A stretch of DNA of 64,000 nt, taken from the NCBI GenBank assembly GCA_965250085.1, contig OZ252287.1:960001-1024000 (forward strand). The letters run 5' to 3'. The position numbers and the translations under genes are program-made. Origin of the DNA: Candidatus Altimarinota bacterium. Its GTDB lineage: Bacteria > Patescibacteriota > Gracilibacteria > CAIRYL01. Of the stretch, positions 27,732-38,153 are shown one piece after another. The number at the start of each line of letters is the position of its first letter. Within the stretch, counting starts at the first letter, position 1. The notes under the pieces are model-generated. The model ran no database searches. It was not told the DNA's origin and saw only the letters and a list, made by a program, of their open reading frames with translations.

Positions 27732-28658
27732 ATGGGAAAAGAAAGATATACACCATCGGTAACCCAGCAAAAGCTGATAGATGAAATTAGAAAACTGAAG
27801 AAGAAAAAAAACGCTATTCTTTTGGCTCATAACTATATGCGTCCTGAAATTTTTGAAGCCGCAGACTTTTGTGGAGACTCTTTTGATCTGTCTCAAAAAG
27901 CATCTGAAACAGATTCAGAAATTATTATTTTTGCAGGAGTCCATTTTATGGCTGAATCAGCAAAACTCTTAAGTCCACAAAAAAAAGTTCTCCTTCCCTC
28001 TCTTAGAGCAGGGTGTTTTATGGCCGATATGATCAGCGCCGAAAGACTCCAAAAAATGAAAGAGAAATATCCAAAGGCTGGAGTATGCCTGTACGTGAAT
28101 TCTGCAGCAGCAGTAAAGGCTCTCGCAGACGTCTGCTGTACCTCTGCAAACGCAGTGGAAGCAGTCGAGAGTTTGCCACATGAAGAAGTCATTTTTGCTC
28201 CAGACAAGCATTTAGCCGAATATGTTGCTTCCAAGACAAAGAAGCGAATCATTCCGTGGACAGGATTTTGCCATGTCCATACAAAATTTTCTGAAGAAAA
28301 AATTCTGCGAGCAAAAGAAAAATATCCAGATGCTAAGATCATCATGCACCCAGAAACCCCAGAAGAATTTCACCACTATGCTGATTATATTTGTGGTACT
28401 GGTGGCATGATTTCCTATTCTCAGAAAGATTCTGCAGAGCAATATCTTGTTGCAACCGAAGAAGGGATGGTGTGGAGGCTCAGGAAGGAAGTACCCGAAA
28501 AAGAGTTTTATCCAATTATGGGGAGCTGCATCAACATGAAGCAAATTACTCTAGAGAACATTCGAGACTCACTTTTTCAGGAAAAATATGAAATCACTAT
28601 TGCTCCAGAGATTTTTGAACCCGCTCGAAAAAGTCTAGAGCGAATGATGAAGATTTGA
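27732..28658 (+). CDS. nadA: Quinolinate synthase
   Basis: LAHNY, GDSF.L, GVHFMAESAK, AGCFMAD, YVNS, CCTSANA, FCHVH, HPE, C.NMK. Confidence 0.95.
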   Translation: MGKERYTPSVTQQKLIDEIRKLKKKKNAILLAHNYMRPEIFEAADFCGDSFDLSQKASETDSEIIIFAGVHFMAESAKLLSPQKKVLLPSLRAGCFMADMISAERLQKMKEKYPKAGVCLYVNSAAAVKALADVCCTSANAVEAVESLPHEEVIFAPDKHLAEYVASKTKKRIIPWTGFCHVHTKFSEEKILRAKEKYPDAKIIMHPETPEEFHHYADYICGTGGMISYSQKDSAEQYLVATEEGMVWRLRKEVPEKEFYPIMGSCINMKQITLENIRDSLFQEKYEITIAPEIFEPARKSLERMMKI

Positions 28659-28730
28659 AATTAAAAGGCTAAAATCCATTGATTTGAAGCCAAAAAAATG
28701 AGATAATGGAAGGAATAAAAATACAAAAAC

Positions 28731-29042
28731 ATGAGTCACTCTCATATCCATAAAAAATTGCGACTACAACGCTTGAAGCATTCAGTTTCGGAGCACTCTC
28801 TTCATGCGCAAAAAAAAGAAGAAACAGAGCAACAGCTGAGAAACCTTATTTCCGGAGCCATTTTTTTGGAACATGAAGAAAAAAGGAAGCAGATATGGAC
28901 AGATGCACTCCCTTCACTCACGTTGACAGAAATGAGAGTGCTATCCGGAGCCATCATACGCGAGAACCTCCGCGCAAAAAAACGCGAACGGAATCTGCAA
29001 TTTGAAAAAATTCCTCAAAACATTTCAGCCATAGCCGCATGA
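28731..29042 (+). CDS. Small hypothetical protein, paralog-like to 1771..2151
   Basis: 103-aa ORF overlapping the next gene by ATGA. Confidence 0.7.
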   Translation: MSHSHIHKKLRLQRLKHSVSEHSLHAQKKEETEQQLRNLISGAIFLEHEEKRKQIWTDALPSLTLTEMRVLSGAIIRENLRAKKRERNLQFEKIPQNISAIAA

Positions 29043-32000
29043 GTACTGCTCCTAATCCACAGGCACGAAATCCGGAATCTCCAGAGGAATCTTTAGCACA
29101 AGATGACGAGAGAGTGTTAGAAGCGTTTGACACAAAAGCACTTCAAAAGGCTGAAGAACAGAGCGTGGAAGTAGCAGATAAGATGGGGATAGATCGCCTG
29201 AATGGTGTTCCTGTGAAGATCGATGACGATGATTTTGAAAGAGCTCCTGAGGAAATTGAAGATAAGCTCGATGCCCTTGCGATAAACTCGTTTTTAGCAC
29301 TGGGAGATCTTTTTGATTCATTCGACCCTGAAAGCTTTGACCAACAAAAACAACAGTTAAAACAACAACCAGATGCATTTCTTACACATTTACCTCTCTA
29401 TGAAAAAAATGCTCTGGAAATCATTTCAATGTGCTTCGCTGAAGAGAAATCAGAAACTTCACTGGGGAAATATATCCAAAGCGCGTGGCCAGGACTCGTT
29501 GACTCAGTGTCTGTTTCTTTCCTTCTCGCAAAACAAGCTCAATATGAGGTACAGGGAAGGGAGGGGAGATTTTCTTCGGAACAAATAGATACAGCACTTG
29601 CAAATATTGAGGATGAATCACAAGAAAAAAAAGGAGCATTGAAAACACTTTTTGAAGGAATAGGAGAAAGCGTGAAGGAAGTGGGGAATTTTCTCAAAAA
29701 ACATAAGAAAGAAGTCGGAATTTTCCTCGTGATTACGACAGCTCTCTATGTCGCTAAAGGTCTTTTTGGGAAGAATGACAAAGAAGGAAAGGGATTCTTC
29801 GACTGGATCAAAGGGGCACTTGGCATTGGTACTCTGGGAGGAGCAGGAGTATTGCTGGAAAAATTTCTCTCTGGTGATTTTGAGGGTCTCTTTGGCGCTT
29901 TTCAAAAAAAAGTTGAAGAGTGGGGAGAAGAAAAGGCACAGAAATGGATTGCAGGAATACTTGGAGAAGAGAATGCAGAGAAATTTTTGAATTGGGCACA
30001 GCAAAAGCGTGAGGTTCTTGATGGAGGGTTTGAAAAACTCTCTGATGAGTGGCAGCAGAGAAAAAAACAGATTACAGAATGGTGTAATACCAATGGGATC
30101 AATACAGAATGGTTGCCTGATTTTAAAAATATATACGAAGAATACATTGCTGCAAATCCTGCCCTCTCTGCAACAGCGATTACCCTGACGCCAATTTTGA
30201 CGTGGTGGTTTTTTCGTTCAGTGGGAGGAAGTGGTCTCAAAGTATTTCTGGGAGGATTGATTTCCAAAAAAGCAATTGTAACTGTCGGTACTTTGACAGC
30301 ACTTTCAGTAATTCTTTTTGAAGATGAAGAGTTGATTCAAAATGGACTCAAAAAATTAGGATTTACTCCAAATGAAGATGGAAAAGTGGAGTTTCTTAAG
30401 GAGATAGCAGAAAAAACCATAGATGCTGCCAAGTGGCTCAATGGGAAAGTGAATAGCATTCTCTATGCTTTTGGGTTTGAGCAAGCGGGAGCCAATGTGG
30501 TCAAAGGAGGAGCTGCTTTGCTTACAGCACGATATGGGAAGGAAACTCTGCAGATCGCAAAAATTGCTCTTCCCTTGGGTGTTGTTGCTACCGCGCTTTA
30601 CGGGATTGATGAAGTTATAAAGAATTCAGAAGAATTTTCTGAATTTCCCAATACAATTGATGGTCAAACAGCATTGTTGCAGGAAATTATCAGACAAATT
30701 GCAGAAAAAGATGAAGAAGTCCTTGCATTTAGAGATGAGCTCTTGGAATTTTTGATGAATCCAGAAGAGATGGCAAAATCATTTCGTGAAAGATACGAAG
30801 AAAAAATTGTTTATAAATTAGGAATCAAGGGAACCAATTTTACCGGAAACTTTATCGCTGCATTTGGGATGCAAAGCCTGGACCTTCTGACAACTCTTGC
30901 TGAAGATACAGACGGGAACACTCATACCAAAGAACTTCTTCAGGAGGCATCAGAAAGGGGATTTGAAGGGTTCGACATTTTTCGCTTTATGCGCGCACTT
31001 TATAGTGATGGTCACGAAATCATGATAGACAAAGGACGCATACAAATACTTTGGAAAACAGGGAAATGGGTAGTCCTTACAAAATCCAAGGTTCATATAG
31101 ATGCGATGGTAGAGGCCGTCAAATCACCCTTTTCCAAAGAACATTCTTGGTTGGGGCAAAAAGGAATGCTCGAAACATTTGTCATGGGGAATTCATTTTT
31201 TATAACTATTGGCGCCACGGCAGGGGGTATTAAAAACTTCGCTTCTCCTGAGCATGGAATAGGAAGGATGAAAAGTATGGCAAAGGGGGCGGCACGAGGA
31301 GCAACTTTTGAAATGCAACTGGCCAAAGCTCCATTCCTTACAGAAAGAATCTGGCGTGAACCGGCAGAATGGGCAAAGCTTAAAAGACTTAATGTTGAAT
31401 ATAGAACCCTTCGTGCTCTTGAGGGAACTCGAGTAGTAGGATTAATGCCAAAGCCAACACAAGTAAAAGCTCTAGAAGAAATGTATCGCGTTGCCTATAA
31501 AAATAGACTCTTTTGGGAAGAAGGAAAAGGAAAGGGAAAACAAAGCTGGACAAAGCAAGGACGTGTAAATGTGTGGGCAAAGAAAATGGACAATATAGAG
31601 AAAGTCTTAAAAACAAAACGATTTGGAATGAACGATGCAGATGTTGAGGATTTTCGAAACAAGGTTCGTAATACTCCTGAAATGAGAGAGCTTGCAAAAA
31701 GATGTGCAGAACAAAACGCACGTCGCGTATCTCTCAGAGAACGCATTCAGTCACGTTTTTCTCGTTCGACTTCATCACAAAAAACATCCCCAAATCCCCA
31801 TCCACAAGCAGTGTCAAAGCCAGTAACGGTAGAATCTCCAAAAGTTAAGGCAGCTCTTAATGAAGCAACTCCAACTGAAAAAAAAGCCATATTAGAAATA
31901 TTAAAACATCCAAAGTATCAATCATTTCTTCAAAATGCGATGAAATATGGAGGCGTCACTCTGACGTGTACGTTTTTGTATTCTTTTGAACAAGCCGACG

Positions 32001-32920
32001 ATAAAATTGAATTTTTGGTACACGCAGGAAAAAGTTATGGCGCTCTTGCCGCCGGTATTGAAGGATTTAAGAGATCTCCAGGGCATCCTCTGGCAAAACT
32101 CACAGTAGCCATTGCAGTAGCAGGAACCACTTGGATTGCAGGAGATTATGTGAGTGGAAAACTGGACAAGTGGATGCCCAATAGAAATCAGGATGTTACT
32201 GGATGGATTCAGGCTCAAAGAGGATTTGAGTCACTCGGAATGACGCTTGGCGGAGGAGCGATGTCTCTCATAGACCTTGGATTTGAATCTGCTGGGATCA
32301 AGGGCGGAGTAGATGAACACATAGATCCATTAGAGTATCTCAGTAAAACGGTAACCCTCGGCTCCCGATTTCGGAATTATAGAGAAGGAGTGTTTGCAGA
32401 ATACCTGACTCGAAATATGACAAAGCTGAAACAAGAAACACAAAAGACTCTCGATGAATACAATCGTCAACTGGGACGTCTTGATGAAGAATTGCAACAT
32501 ACACAAGTTGATGGTTGGGAAAAGCGGGCTGATTACCTTAGAGAACAAGCGATACCAAAGCTCACATCATTTATCGATGGCACTTGGGTCGAAGAGAAGC
32601 AATTAGAGCTTCTGATACAGCAAGATATGATCCTGCAGCCAGCAACAGATGCATTCATTCAGAAAGCTGAAGAGATTGATCCAGAACAGGGGAAAGATTT
32701 TATTCCACATCTTCTCAATCGAATTGAAAGAAATTCAGCACTTGTGACATCGGACTCAGAAAATGTACTTTGGGGAAAATTGCTCGAAACATCAGTTGAA
32801 ACAACGGGACACAATATAAACTTCAGAGATTATGTTTCCTACTACACACTTTTGAGCAGTCAACTTCGAAAAATTGGAGAGATTCAAAAAGAAGGGAATA
32901 TTTCTGGAAAAAGACTGTAA
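29039..32920 (+). CDS. Large hypothetical protein (1293 aa) with many Gly/Ala-rich hydrophobic segments
   Basis: Long ORF, no N-terminal signal peptide; no family recognised. Confidence 0.8.
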   Translation: MSTAPNPQARNPESPEESLAQDDERVLEAFDTKALQKAEEQSVEVADKMGIDRLNGVPVKIDDDDFERAPEEIEDKLDALAINSFLALGDLFDSFDPESFDQQKQQLKQQPDAFLTHLPLYEKNALEIISMCFAEEKSETSLGKYIQSAWPGLVDSVSVSFLLAKQAQYEVQGREGRFSSEQIDTALANIEDESQEKKGALKTLFEGIGESVKEVGNFLKKHKKEVGIFLVITTALYVAKGLFGKNDKEGKGFFDWIKGALGIGTLGGAGVLLEKFLSGDFEGLFGAFQKKVEEWGEEKAQKWIAGILGEENAEKFLNWAQQKREVLDGGFEKLSDEWQQRKKQITEWCNTNGINTEWLPDFKNIYEEYIAANPALSATAITLTPILTWWFFRSVGGSGLKVFLGGLISKKAIVTVGTLTALSVILFEDEELIQNGLKKLGFTPNEDGKVEFLKEIAEKTIDAAKWLNGKVNSILYAFGFEQAGANVVKGGAALLTARYGKETLQIAKIALPLGVVATALYGIDEVIKNSEEFSEFPNTIDGQTALLQEIIRQIAEKDEEVLAFRDELLEFLMNPEEMAKSFRERYEEKIVYKLGIKGTNFTGNFIAAFGMQSLDLLTTLAEDTDGNTHTKELLQEASERGFEGFDIFRFMRALYSDGHEIMIDKGRIQILWKTGKWVVLTKSKVHIDAMVEAVKSPFSKEHSWLGQKGMLETFVMGNSFFITIGATAGGIKNFASPEHGIGRMKSMAKGAARGATFEMQLAKAPFLTERIWREPAEWAKLKRLNVEYRTLRALEGTRVVGLMPKPTQVKALEEMYRVAYKNRLFWEEGKGKGKQSWTKQGRVNVWAKKMDNIEKVLKTKRFGMNDADVEDFRNKVRNTPEMRELAKRCAEQNARRVSLRERIQSRFSRSTSSQKTSPNPHPQAVSKPVTVESPKVKAALNEATPTEKKAILEILKHPKYQSFLQNAMKYGGVTLTCTFLYSFEQADDKIEFLVHAGKSYGALAAGIEGFKRSPGHPLAKLTVAIAVAGTTWIAGDYVSGKLDKWMPNRNQDVTGWIQAQRGFESLGMTLGGGAMSLIDLGFESAGIKGGVDEHIDPLEYLSKTVTLGSRFRNYREGVFAEYLTRNMTKLKQETQKTLDEYNRQLGRLDEELQHTQVDGWEKRADYLREQAIPKLTSFIDGTWVEEKQLELLIQQDMILQPATDAFIQKAEEIDPEQGKDFIPHLLNRIERNSALVTSDSENVLWGKLLETSVETTGHNINFRDYVSYYTLLSSQLRKIGEIQKEGNISGKRL

Positions 32921-32996
32921 TTAAAAAAAGAAAAACGTTCCTCTCGACAAGAAATTATGACACACTTGGTGAGCGTTTTTAGGGCAGTCAAATAAC

Positions 32997-33479
32997 ATGA
33001 TAGAGGCACTTATCGAATGGGCGAAAGAAATGATGCTGGAGTACGGGCTCTGGTTTTTGGCGTTTTTTAGCGTTACAGAAGCTTTTATTCAGCCCATTCC
33101 AGTAGAGCCGGTGTTAGCTGCTTCAGTAGGATTTAATATTGCTTCTCCTCTCGTGATACTTCTGGTTGCCGGTGGAGCTTCTGTGCTCGGGGGATGTATT
33201 GGATTTCTTTTGGGACATAAATATGGACACCCAGCATTTCTCTATGTATTTCGAAAAAATGGAAAAAAATGGATGAGCACAGGAGAAATTTTTTTTGAAA
33301 AATGGGGAATATGGGCAGTATTTTTCTGTGCTTTTACTCCTATTCCATTCAAAGTGGCAGCATGGCTTGCAGGTATTTTTGAAATGTCGTTTCCAGGATT
33401 TCTTCTTGCGGCTGCACTAGGACGATTTTTGCGTTTTGCACTCGTAATTTATGGATTAGATTTTTTCTTTGGATTATGA
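32997..33479 (+). CDS. DedA/YqaA (VTT domain) membrane protein
   Basis: EAFIQPIPVE, SVLGGCIGFLLG, FTPIPFKV..W.AG, GRFLRF. Confidence 0.88.
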   Translation: MIEALIEWAKEMMLEYGLWFLAFFSVTEAFIQPIPVEPVLAASVGFNIASPLVILLVAGGASVLGGCIGFLLGHKYGHPAFLYVFRKNGKKWMSTGEIFFEKWGIWAVFFCAFTPIPFKVAAWLAGIFEMSFPGFLLAAALGRFLRFALVIYGLDFFFGL

Positions 33480-34234
33480 GTTTTTTTGAGTCTATTATCC
33501 TTGGCATAGTACAGGGAATTACAGAATTTCTACCGGTATCCTCTTCCGCGCATCTCTGGATATTCGAGGAGCTTGTTTTTCAGAAAAATTCCAATCTGGC
33601 CCTGGAAGCATTTTTACATTTTGCAACCCTGCTCGCGGTAGTTATCTTTTTTCGAAAAAAACTTTGGAGTCTTTGTAGAGGATTGTTCTCTTCACAAAAA
33701 GATCGTGTGTTTGTAGGGAAGCTCGCACTCGCAACAGCTTGTACCGTCATTGTTGCCCTTTTTCTCAAGCCCTTTTTAGAATCGGAACTTACTAAAAACG
33801 TAGTTATCATTACTCTTCTGGTTACGGGTATATTGGTATTTTTTTCTGACAAATACTCTCTCTCGTCCATAAAAAATTTTTCATGGAAAACAGCTCTTAT
33901 TCTTGGCATTGTGCAAGGTGTTGCAGTGATACCAGGGATTTCTCGATCAGGAATCACCATTGCACTCCTTTTGTTTCTGGGTTTCGAGCGAAAAAAAGCA
34001 GTAGAAATTTCCTTTCTTCTCTCTATTCCTGTGATATTGGGAGCATTTGTTTTTCTTTTCTCAGATCTGACATCCGCAAATTTTTCTGCCCCCACTCTGT
34101 TTTTCAGTGCAACGGCAGCATGCGTATCGGCAATTTTTGCTATTTGGGGAATGCTTCAATACATAGAAAAATATTGGAAATATTTTGCTCTTTGGTGCTT
34201 TGGCGTTGCAGGAATGCTCCTGACATTCTCTTAG
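33476..34234 (+). CDS. uppP: Undecaprenyl-diphosphate phosphatase
   Basis: ILGIVQGITEFLPVSSSAH, H.ATLLAV, PGISRSG.TI, SFLLSIP. Confidence 0.95.
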   Translation: MSFFESIILGIVQGITEFLPVSSSAHLWIFEELVFQKNSNLALEAFLHFATLLAVVIFFRKKLWSLCRGLFSSQKDRVFVGKLALATACTVIVALFLKPFLESELTKNVVIITLLVTGILVFFSDKYSLSSIKNFSWKTALILGIVQGVAVIPGISRSGITIALLLFLGFERKKAVEISFLLSIPVILGAFVFLFSDLTSANFSAPTLFFSATAACVSAIFAIWGMLQYIEKYWKYFALWCFGVAGMLLTFS

Positions 34235-37200
34235 ATATTTTCTGCCAGAAAAAAGAATTCATACACTCCAGGAAGAGCATTTTCCATTTTGAGTCTTATC
34301 AGCTCATGATCAGCGCCTTCAAAGATGACTCCTTTTTCGATTGAAAGCGGAGCGACAAATTTTTTACCCTGAGGAAGTATCTCGGATATGTTCACAAGAG
34401 GGGTCTCTTCGGACACGAAAATAAGCAGTCTGCCTTTTATCTCGTCCCCTCTGGAATCTTTATCTTCCAAGAAAAGGAGAAGAGTTTCAAAAAATTCAGA
34501 AGACGCTGCTCTTTCTTTCCCGACTTCAGCAGTTTGTATTTCTGCGAGTTTAGAATTTGAAATTCTAAAATCTTGAGAAACTTCTCCCACAAGTGTGTCA
34601 TCCGTGAGAGCAATAGCATATATGGTGTATTCAGTACTTTCTCCTGGAAGCAAAAAGGAAAATTCGGATCTTCCATTTTCATCAGTAGAAATATTTGGAG
34701 CAACAAAATGAGTATGAAGAGATGGGAAGATTTCAGTTTTTTCCTGCACATGTTCTTGCTTTGGTGCAGAAGAGTTTATCACTCCAAGGGTATCTGAAGT
34801 TTGGACGTCATGAAAACGAGTACTCCAAAACACACCTCCCACATCCTGGTGCCGAATTTTTTCTGAGGGCGTGTCTGTGACAAACACAGATATATGTGAG
34901 GGAACACCAGTCCCATAGACGTCTTTTGTTTTTATGTTCATACGAACTATATTCTGAGAATTGATGCGCACGTTTTTTGCTTCAAGAGTTATATCAATTT
35001 TTTTCTCCTTTGTGCTCATGGGAAGTGATGTTAGTACTGATGCAACTTTTGGAATAAAACGTACAGGGTTCATGCCGGAAGTAATTCGTGAAAGGAGGCT
35101 CGCCTTTTGTTCTTCAGGAATAGTATCGCCCAGTTTTTGTATTTCTTCTTCGAGCATTCCACTCTCTTTTTCAAGAGAGACAATCTCTTCCTGCACAGCA
35201 ACCAGTCGTTCGCGTGCTGTTTCCTCGCGAACAGTCGCCTGTCTCAGCTCGAGATCAGCAGCATTAAACGGAAGGATTAAAAGATCTTTCTGAAATACTT
35301 CCCATTTTTTTTGAAGAGAAACCTCTTCTTCTTTTTTTTCAAAAATAACTCTTTGTGTCATCATTTTTTGATACGCTATATCTTGAAATTCGTTCAAATT
35401 CTCCTTTCCCTGTACGGCAGAAATCGAAACAGTAGTACTGGGAAGCAAATTTTTGAGGACCGGTATCTCTAAGATATTTTCTGCATTCAGAGTGAGTATT
35501 TGTGTCTCAAGAATGTCTTCTTGTTCTAAAGAAAACAAGGCATGTACTGGCTTCAGAAATGGCGATACTACAAAAAGCTCTGCAGTATCTCCTACACTAT
35601 ATTCCTCTTGATCAAAGGCGACTGTAAGCTGAGGAGAAGTTTTTTTCTCTTCAAAAGGAATCTCTGAAAAGTGTCCTGACTCGATGTCGCCTATGAAGAA
35701 ATACTTTGAAAAAAATAATGAAGAGTCCACATTCCCAGAGAGAAAATATTCCCCGGAAGAGAGAGATGAATCGAGAGAAATACTCCCCCAGAAAGCTCCA
35801 TTTTTATCTACAGGCACGGTTATGGCATGAAATTCTTCCATAGATTCGTTCTGAAGAACAACAGTCACCTCTTCCGCCTCGGAGAATTGGAAAAGACTCC
35901 CTTCCCTTTGCCGTAGAGCACCTGTAAAGAAAACATGATCATTGGGCTGATAGAGAAACCGATCAGAGGTGAGAAATCCAGAAATGTTTGAAGGACTTGA
36001 TTTTTCTAATAGAGCAGATTCGTTTATAAGTTCAGGGCTCATAGCAAAAGAAGCAAAAGCACCATTTTTCTTTCCCAGAATAAAATACTCCTGATGAGTT
36101 TCGTTGCTCCTGGCGACAGAAGCAAGACCATCCGTATCGCTTAAGAGAGTATCGAAGAGAGTAAAGGTATCAGCGTCCTTTGCGAATATATGGAACTCCA
36201 TATTGGACATTGGCTTTCCTGATTGAAAATCTGTTGCCCAAAGAAGAAGAGATTTTAGAGATTGTTTCAGAACTATTTCACTTTCCGTAACAGCAAAAAT
36301 TCCAGTGAGAGGGTCTTCTGAAGGCAAAAAAGAAGCCTCATATGCATAGATACCTGATACTATTTCGAGTGTCTCGGGAAAGGGAATACTCTCTTTTTTT
36401 GGATGAGAGTCTGAGTCTAAGGAAGCCTTCCAAAGAGTTCTCTCACGAGGAGAACCATCTGTGCATGGATTCCCTAAAGAAGAAATATTGAGCTCATGTT
36501 GAATCAATTCATCTTCCGATATTTTACAAACGGAAAAGGAGACATCTCCTTTAAAATTACGGTGCTCAGTAGTGATCTCAACAAATCCTCCTAAGTCAAC
36601 TGCGGATACATGCTTCCCAGGTACAGGAGAAAGAATACGGAACTCAGGCACATCTTCTCTAACCGTAAACATTTCTTGCACACTTTCTGCAAGTACTTCA
36701 TGAGGAAAGCTTTCACTCTGTAAAGCTGAATCAATAAACCAAGTATATTGCTGATTTTTTAAGAAAGGGGCATGTATTTGATAGGTATACTCTCCCTTTT
36801 TTTCTTCCAAGAGTTTTATATCCATATTTTCTGGCGCAATATCTGGAGAAAAGGAAAGATGTTGCAGTACTTGTTCAGGAAGAACCCTTCTGTTAAATGT
36901 GAGTGCCATAGCATTATCTGTAGTCATCGCTCCCTTCTCTTTTGGCCAAAAAGCAGTCATCCTAAAATCAGAAAGAGTCATGAAAGAAAAAATGGATTTG
37001 GCAGTGCTCACCTTATTTCCCGTTCCACTTTTCACACCTGGTGACACTGTGAGATGGACTTCTGCACTTTTAGGAAAATATGGATCGAAGCTCACAAAAA
37101 ATGTATTTAGAGCTCTGTCTTGATCCCACTCTACTTTGAGATTTCGCGATGTATCGGAAGGGAGATCAGGAGTGATAGACAAATGATTAAAGAAGGACTG

Positions 37201-38082
37201 ACTTTCAACCGCTTGATTCCATGTCACTTGGATACGTGATGTGGGAGCAATATTTTCAGAATCATATTCCGGCGTAATACCCAGAATTTTTGGCTCTTCT
37301 GTCTCCAAGTGCCATATGATTTCTTGATCTAAGTGGCTTCCATCAGCAAAAAAATTGTCTGTAGAAATAGTCGCAGTGAGAGTGTTTCCAAAAGGAAAAG
37401 CCTGTTCTTCAGGGATAAATTCTAAAACATGAGTGCTGAGTAATTGGAATTTTCCAGAAAGAGAGGGAGAAAAATGGATAACATCAGAAAAATTAGATGA
37501 AAACTGAGGAAATTGAGACACTTGTTTTTCAAAAACTAATGGTCGATTAAAAACAAGCACAATAGAATCATGGGGATTGAACGAAGGGAAAGAAGAAGGA
37601 TCAGAACCTCCTAAAGAAGTGATTTCATTTTGAATACTTTGCACATAATCCCATTCTGCTGAGGAGATAGGAGAAATAAGTTGGACCCGAGGAGGTCCTA
37701 CGACAGTAAATTTTTGTGAAAAATTAGTTTTTATATGTTTCCCAAACTTGTTTTTTGCCCCTGTTCCAATCTGCACTTCAAATACTTCATTTTCGACGAA
37801 AGAATCTTTTGGTTCAAAAACAAAGGAAGTAGGATTCTCCCAAACAAAATCTCCATGTCTCTCAGGGGAAAGGGTGAAGGCGTTTTCTACACTGCCTTGG
37901 TTCATGGATTCAGAAAACTCAAATCGCAAAGGAGCATTTACAGATATCTGATACATATCGCCCTGTGGAGCATTCCAAAACATGACAGGCGACTTTATGC
38001 TCACAAAAAAGAGAACGATCCCTCCTAAAAAAAAGAAAAAAGCGAGAAGAGCAAAAAGAAGTGTTTTTCGAGAGTATCGCAT
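34231..38082 (-). CDS. Membrane-anchored Ig-like (Big_5) plus alpha-2-macroglobulin MG-domain protein, lacking thioester domain
   Basis: N-terminal TM; Big_5-like repeats; TSDRFLYQPNDHV (MG2-like), DQEEYSVGDTAEL, TDENGRSEFSFLLP; no CxEQ; start at MRYSRK. Confidence 0.75.
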   Translation of the reverse strand: MRYSRKTLLFALLAFFFFLGGIVLFFVSIKSPVMFWNAPQGDMYQISVNAPLRFEFSESMNQGSVENAFTLSPERHGDFVWENPTSFVFEPKDSFVENEVFEVQIGTGAKNKFGKHIKTNFSQKFTVVGPPRVQLISPISSAEWDYVQSIQNEITSLGGSDPSSFPSFNPHDSIVLVFNRPLVFEKQVSQFPQFSSNFSDVIHFSPSLSGKFQLLSTHVLEFIPEEQAFPFGNTLTATISTDNFFADGSHLDQEIIWHLETEEPKILGITPEYDSENIAPTSRIQVTWNQAVESQSFFNHLSITPDLPSDTSRNLKVEWDQDRALNTFFVSFDPYFPKSAEVHLTVSPGVKSGTGNKVSTAKSIFSFMTLSDFRMTAFWPKEKGAMTTDNAMALTFNRRVLPEQVLQHLSFSPDIAPENMDIKLLEEKKGEYTYQIHAPFLKNQQYTWFIDSALQSESFPHEVLAESVQEMFTVREDVPEFRILSPVPGKHVSAVDLGGFVEITTEHRNFKGDVSFSVCKISEDELIQHELNISSLGNPCTDGSPRERTLWKASLDSDSHPKKESIPFPETLEIVSGIYAYEASFLPSEDPLTGIFAVTESEIVLKQSLKSLLLWATDFQSGKPMSNMEFHIFAKDADTFTLFDTLLSDTDGLASVARSNETHQEYFILGKKNGAFASFAMSPELINESALLEKSSPSNISGFLTSDRFLYQPNDHVFFTGALRQREGSLFQFSEAEEVTVVLQNESMEEFHAITVPVDKNGAFWGSISLDSSLSSGEYFLSGNVDSSLFFSKYFFIGDIESGHFSEIPFEEKKTSPQLTVAFDQEEYSVGDTAELFVVSPFLKPVHALFSLEQEDILETQILTLNAENILEIPVLKNLLPSTTVSISAVQGKENLNEFQDIAYQKMMTQRVIFEKKEEEVSLQKKWEVFQKDLLILPFNAADLELRQATVREETARERLVAVQEEIVSLEKESGMLEEEIQKLGDTIPEEQKASLLSRITSGMNPVRFIPKVASVLTSLPMSTKEKKIDITLEAKNVRINSQNIVRMNIKTKDVYGTGVPSHISVFVTDTPSEKIRHQDVGGVFWSTRFHDVQTSDTLGVINSSAPKQEHVQEKTEIFPSLHTHFVAPNISTDENGRSEFSFLLPGESTEYTIYAIALTDDTLVGEVSQDFRISNSKLAEIQTAEVGKERAASSEFFETLLLFLEDKDSRGDEIKGRLLIFVSEETPLVNISEILPQGKKFVAPLSIEKGVIFEGADHELIRLKMENALPGVYEFFFLAENI

Positions 38083-38153
38083 ATTTCGTGTTACGAGGGA
38101 GATATACAAAATGTACCACAAGAGAGAAATGGAATTGTATCTGTTTAAAAATA

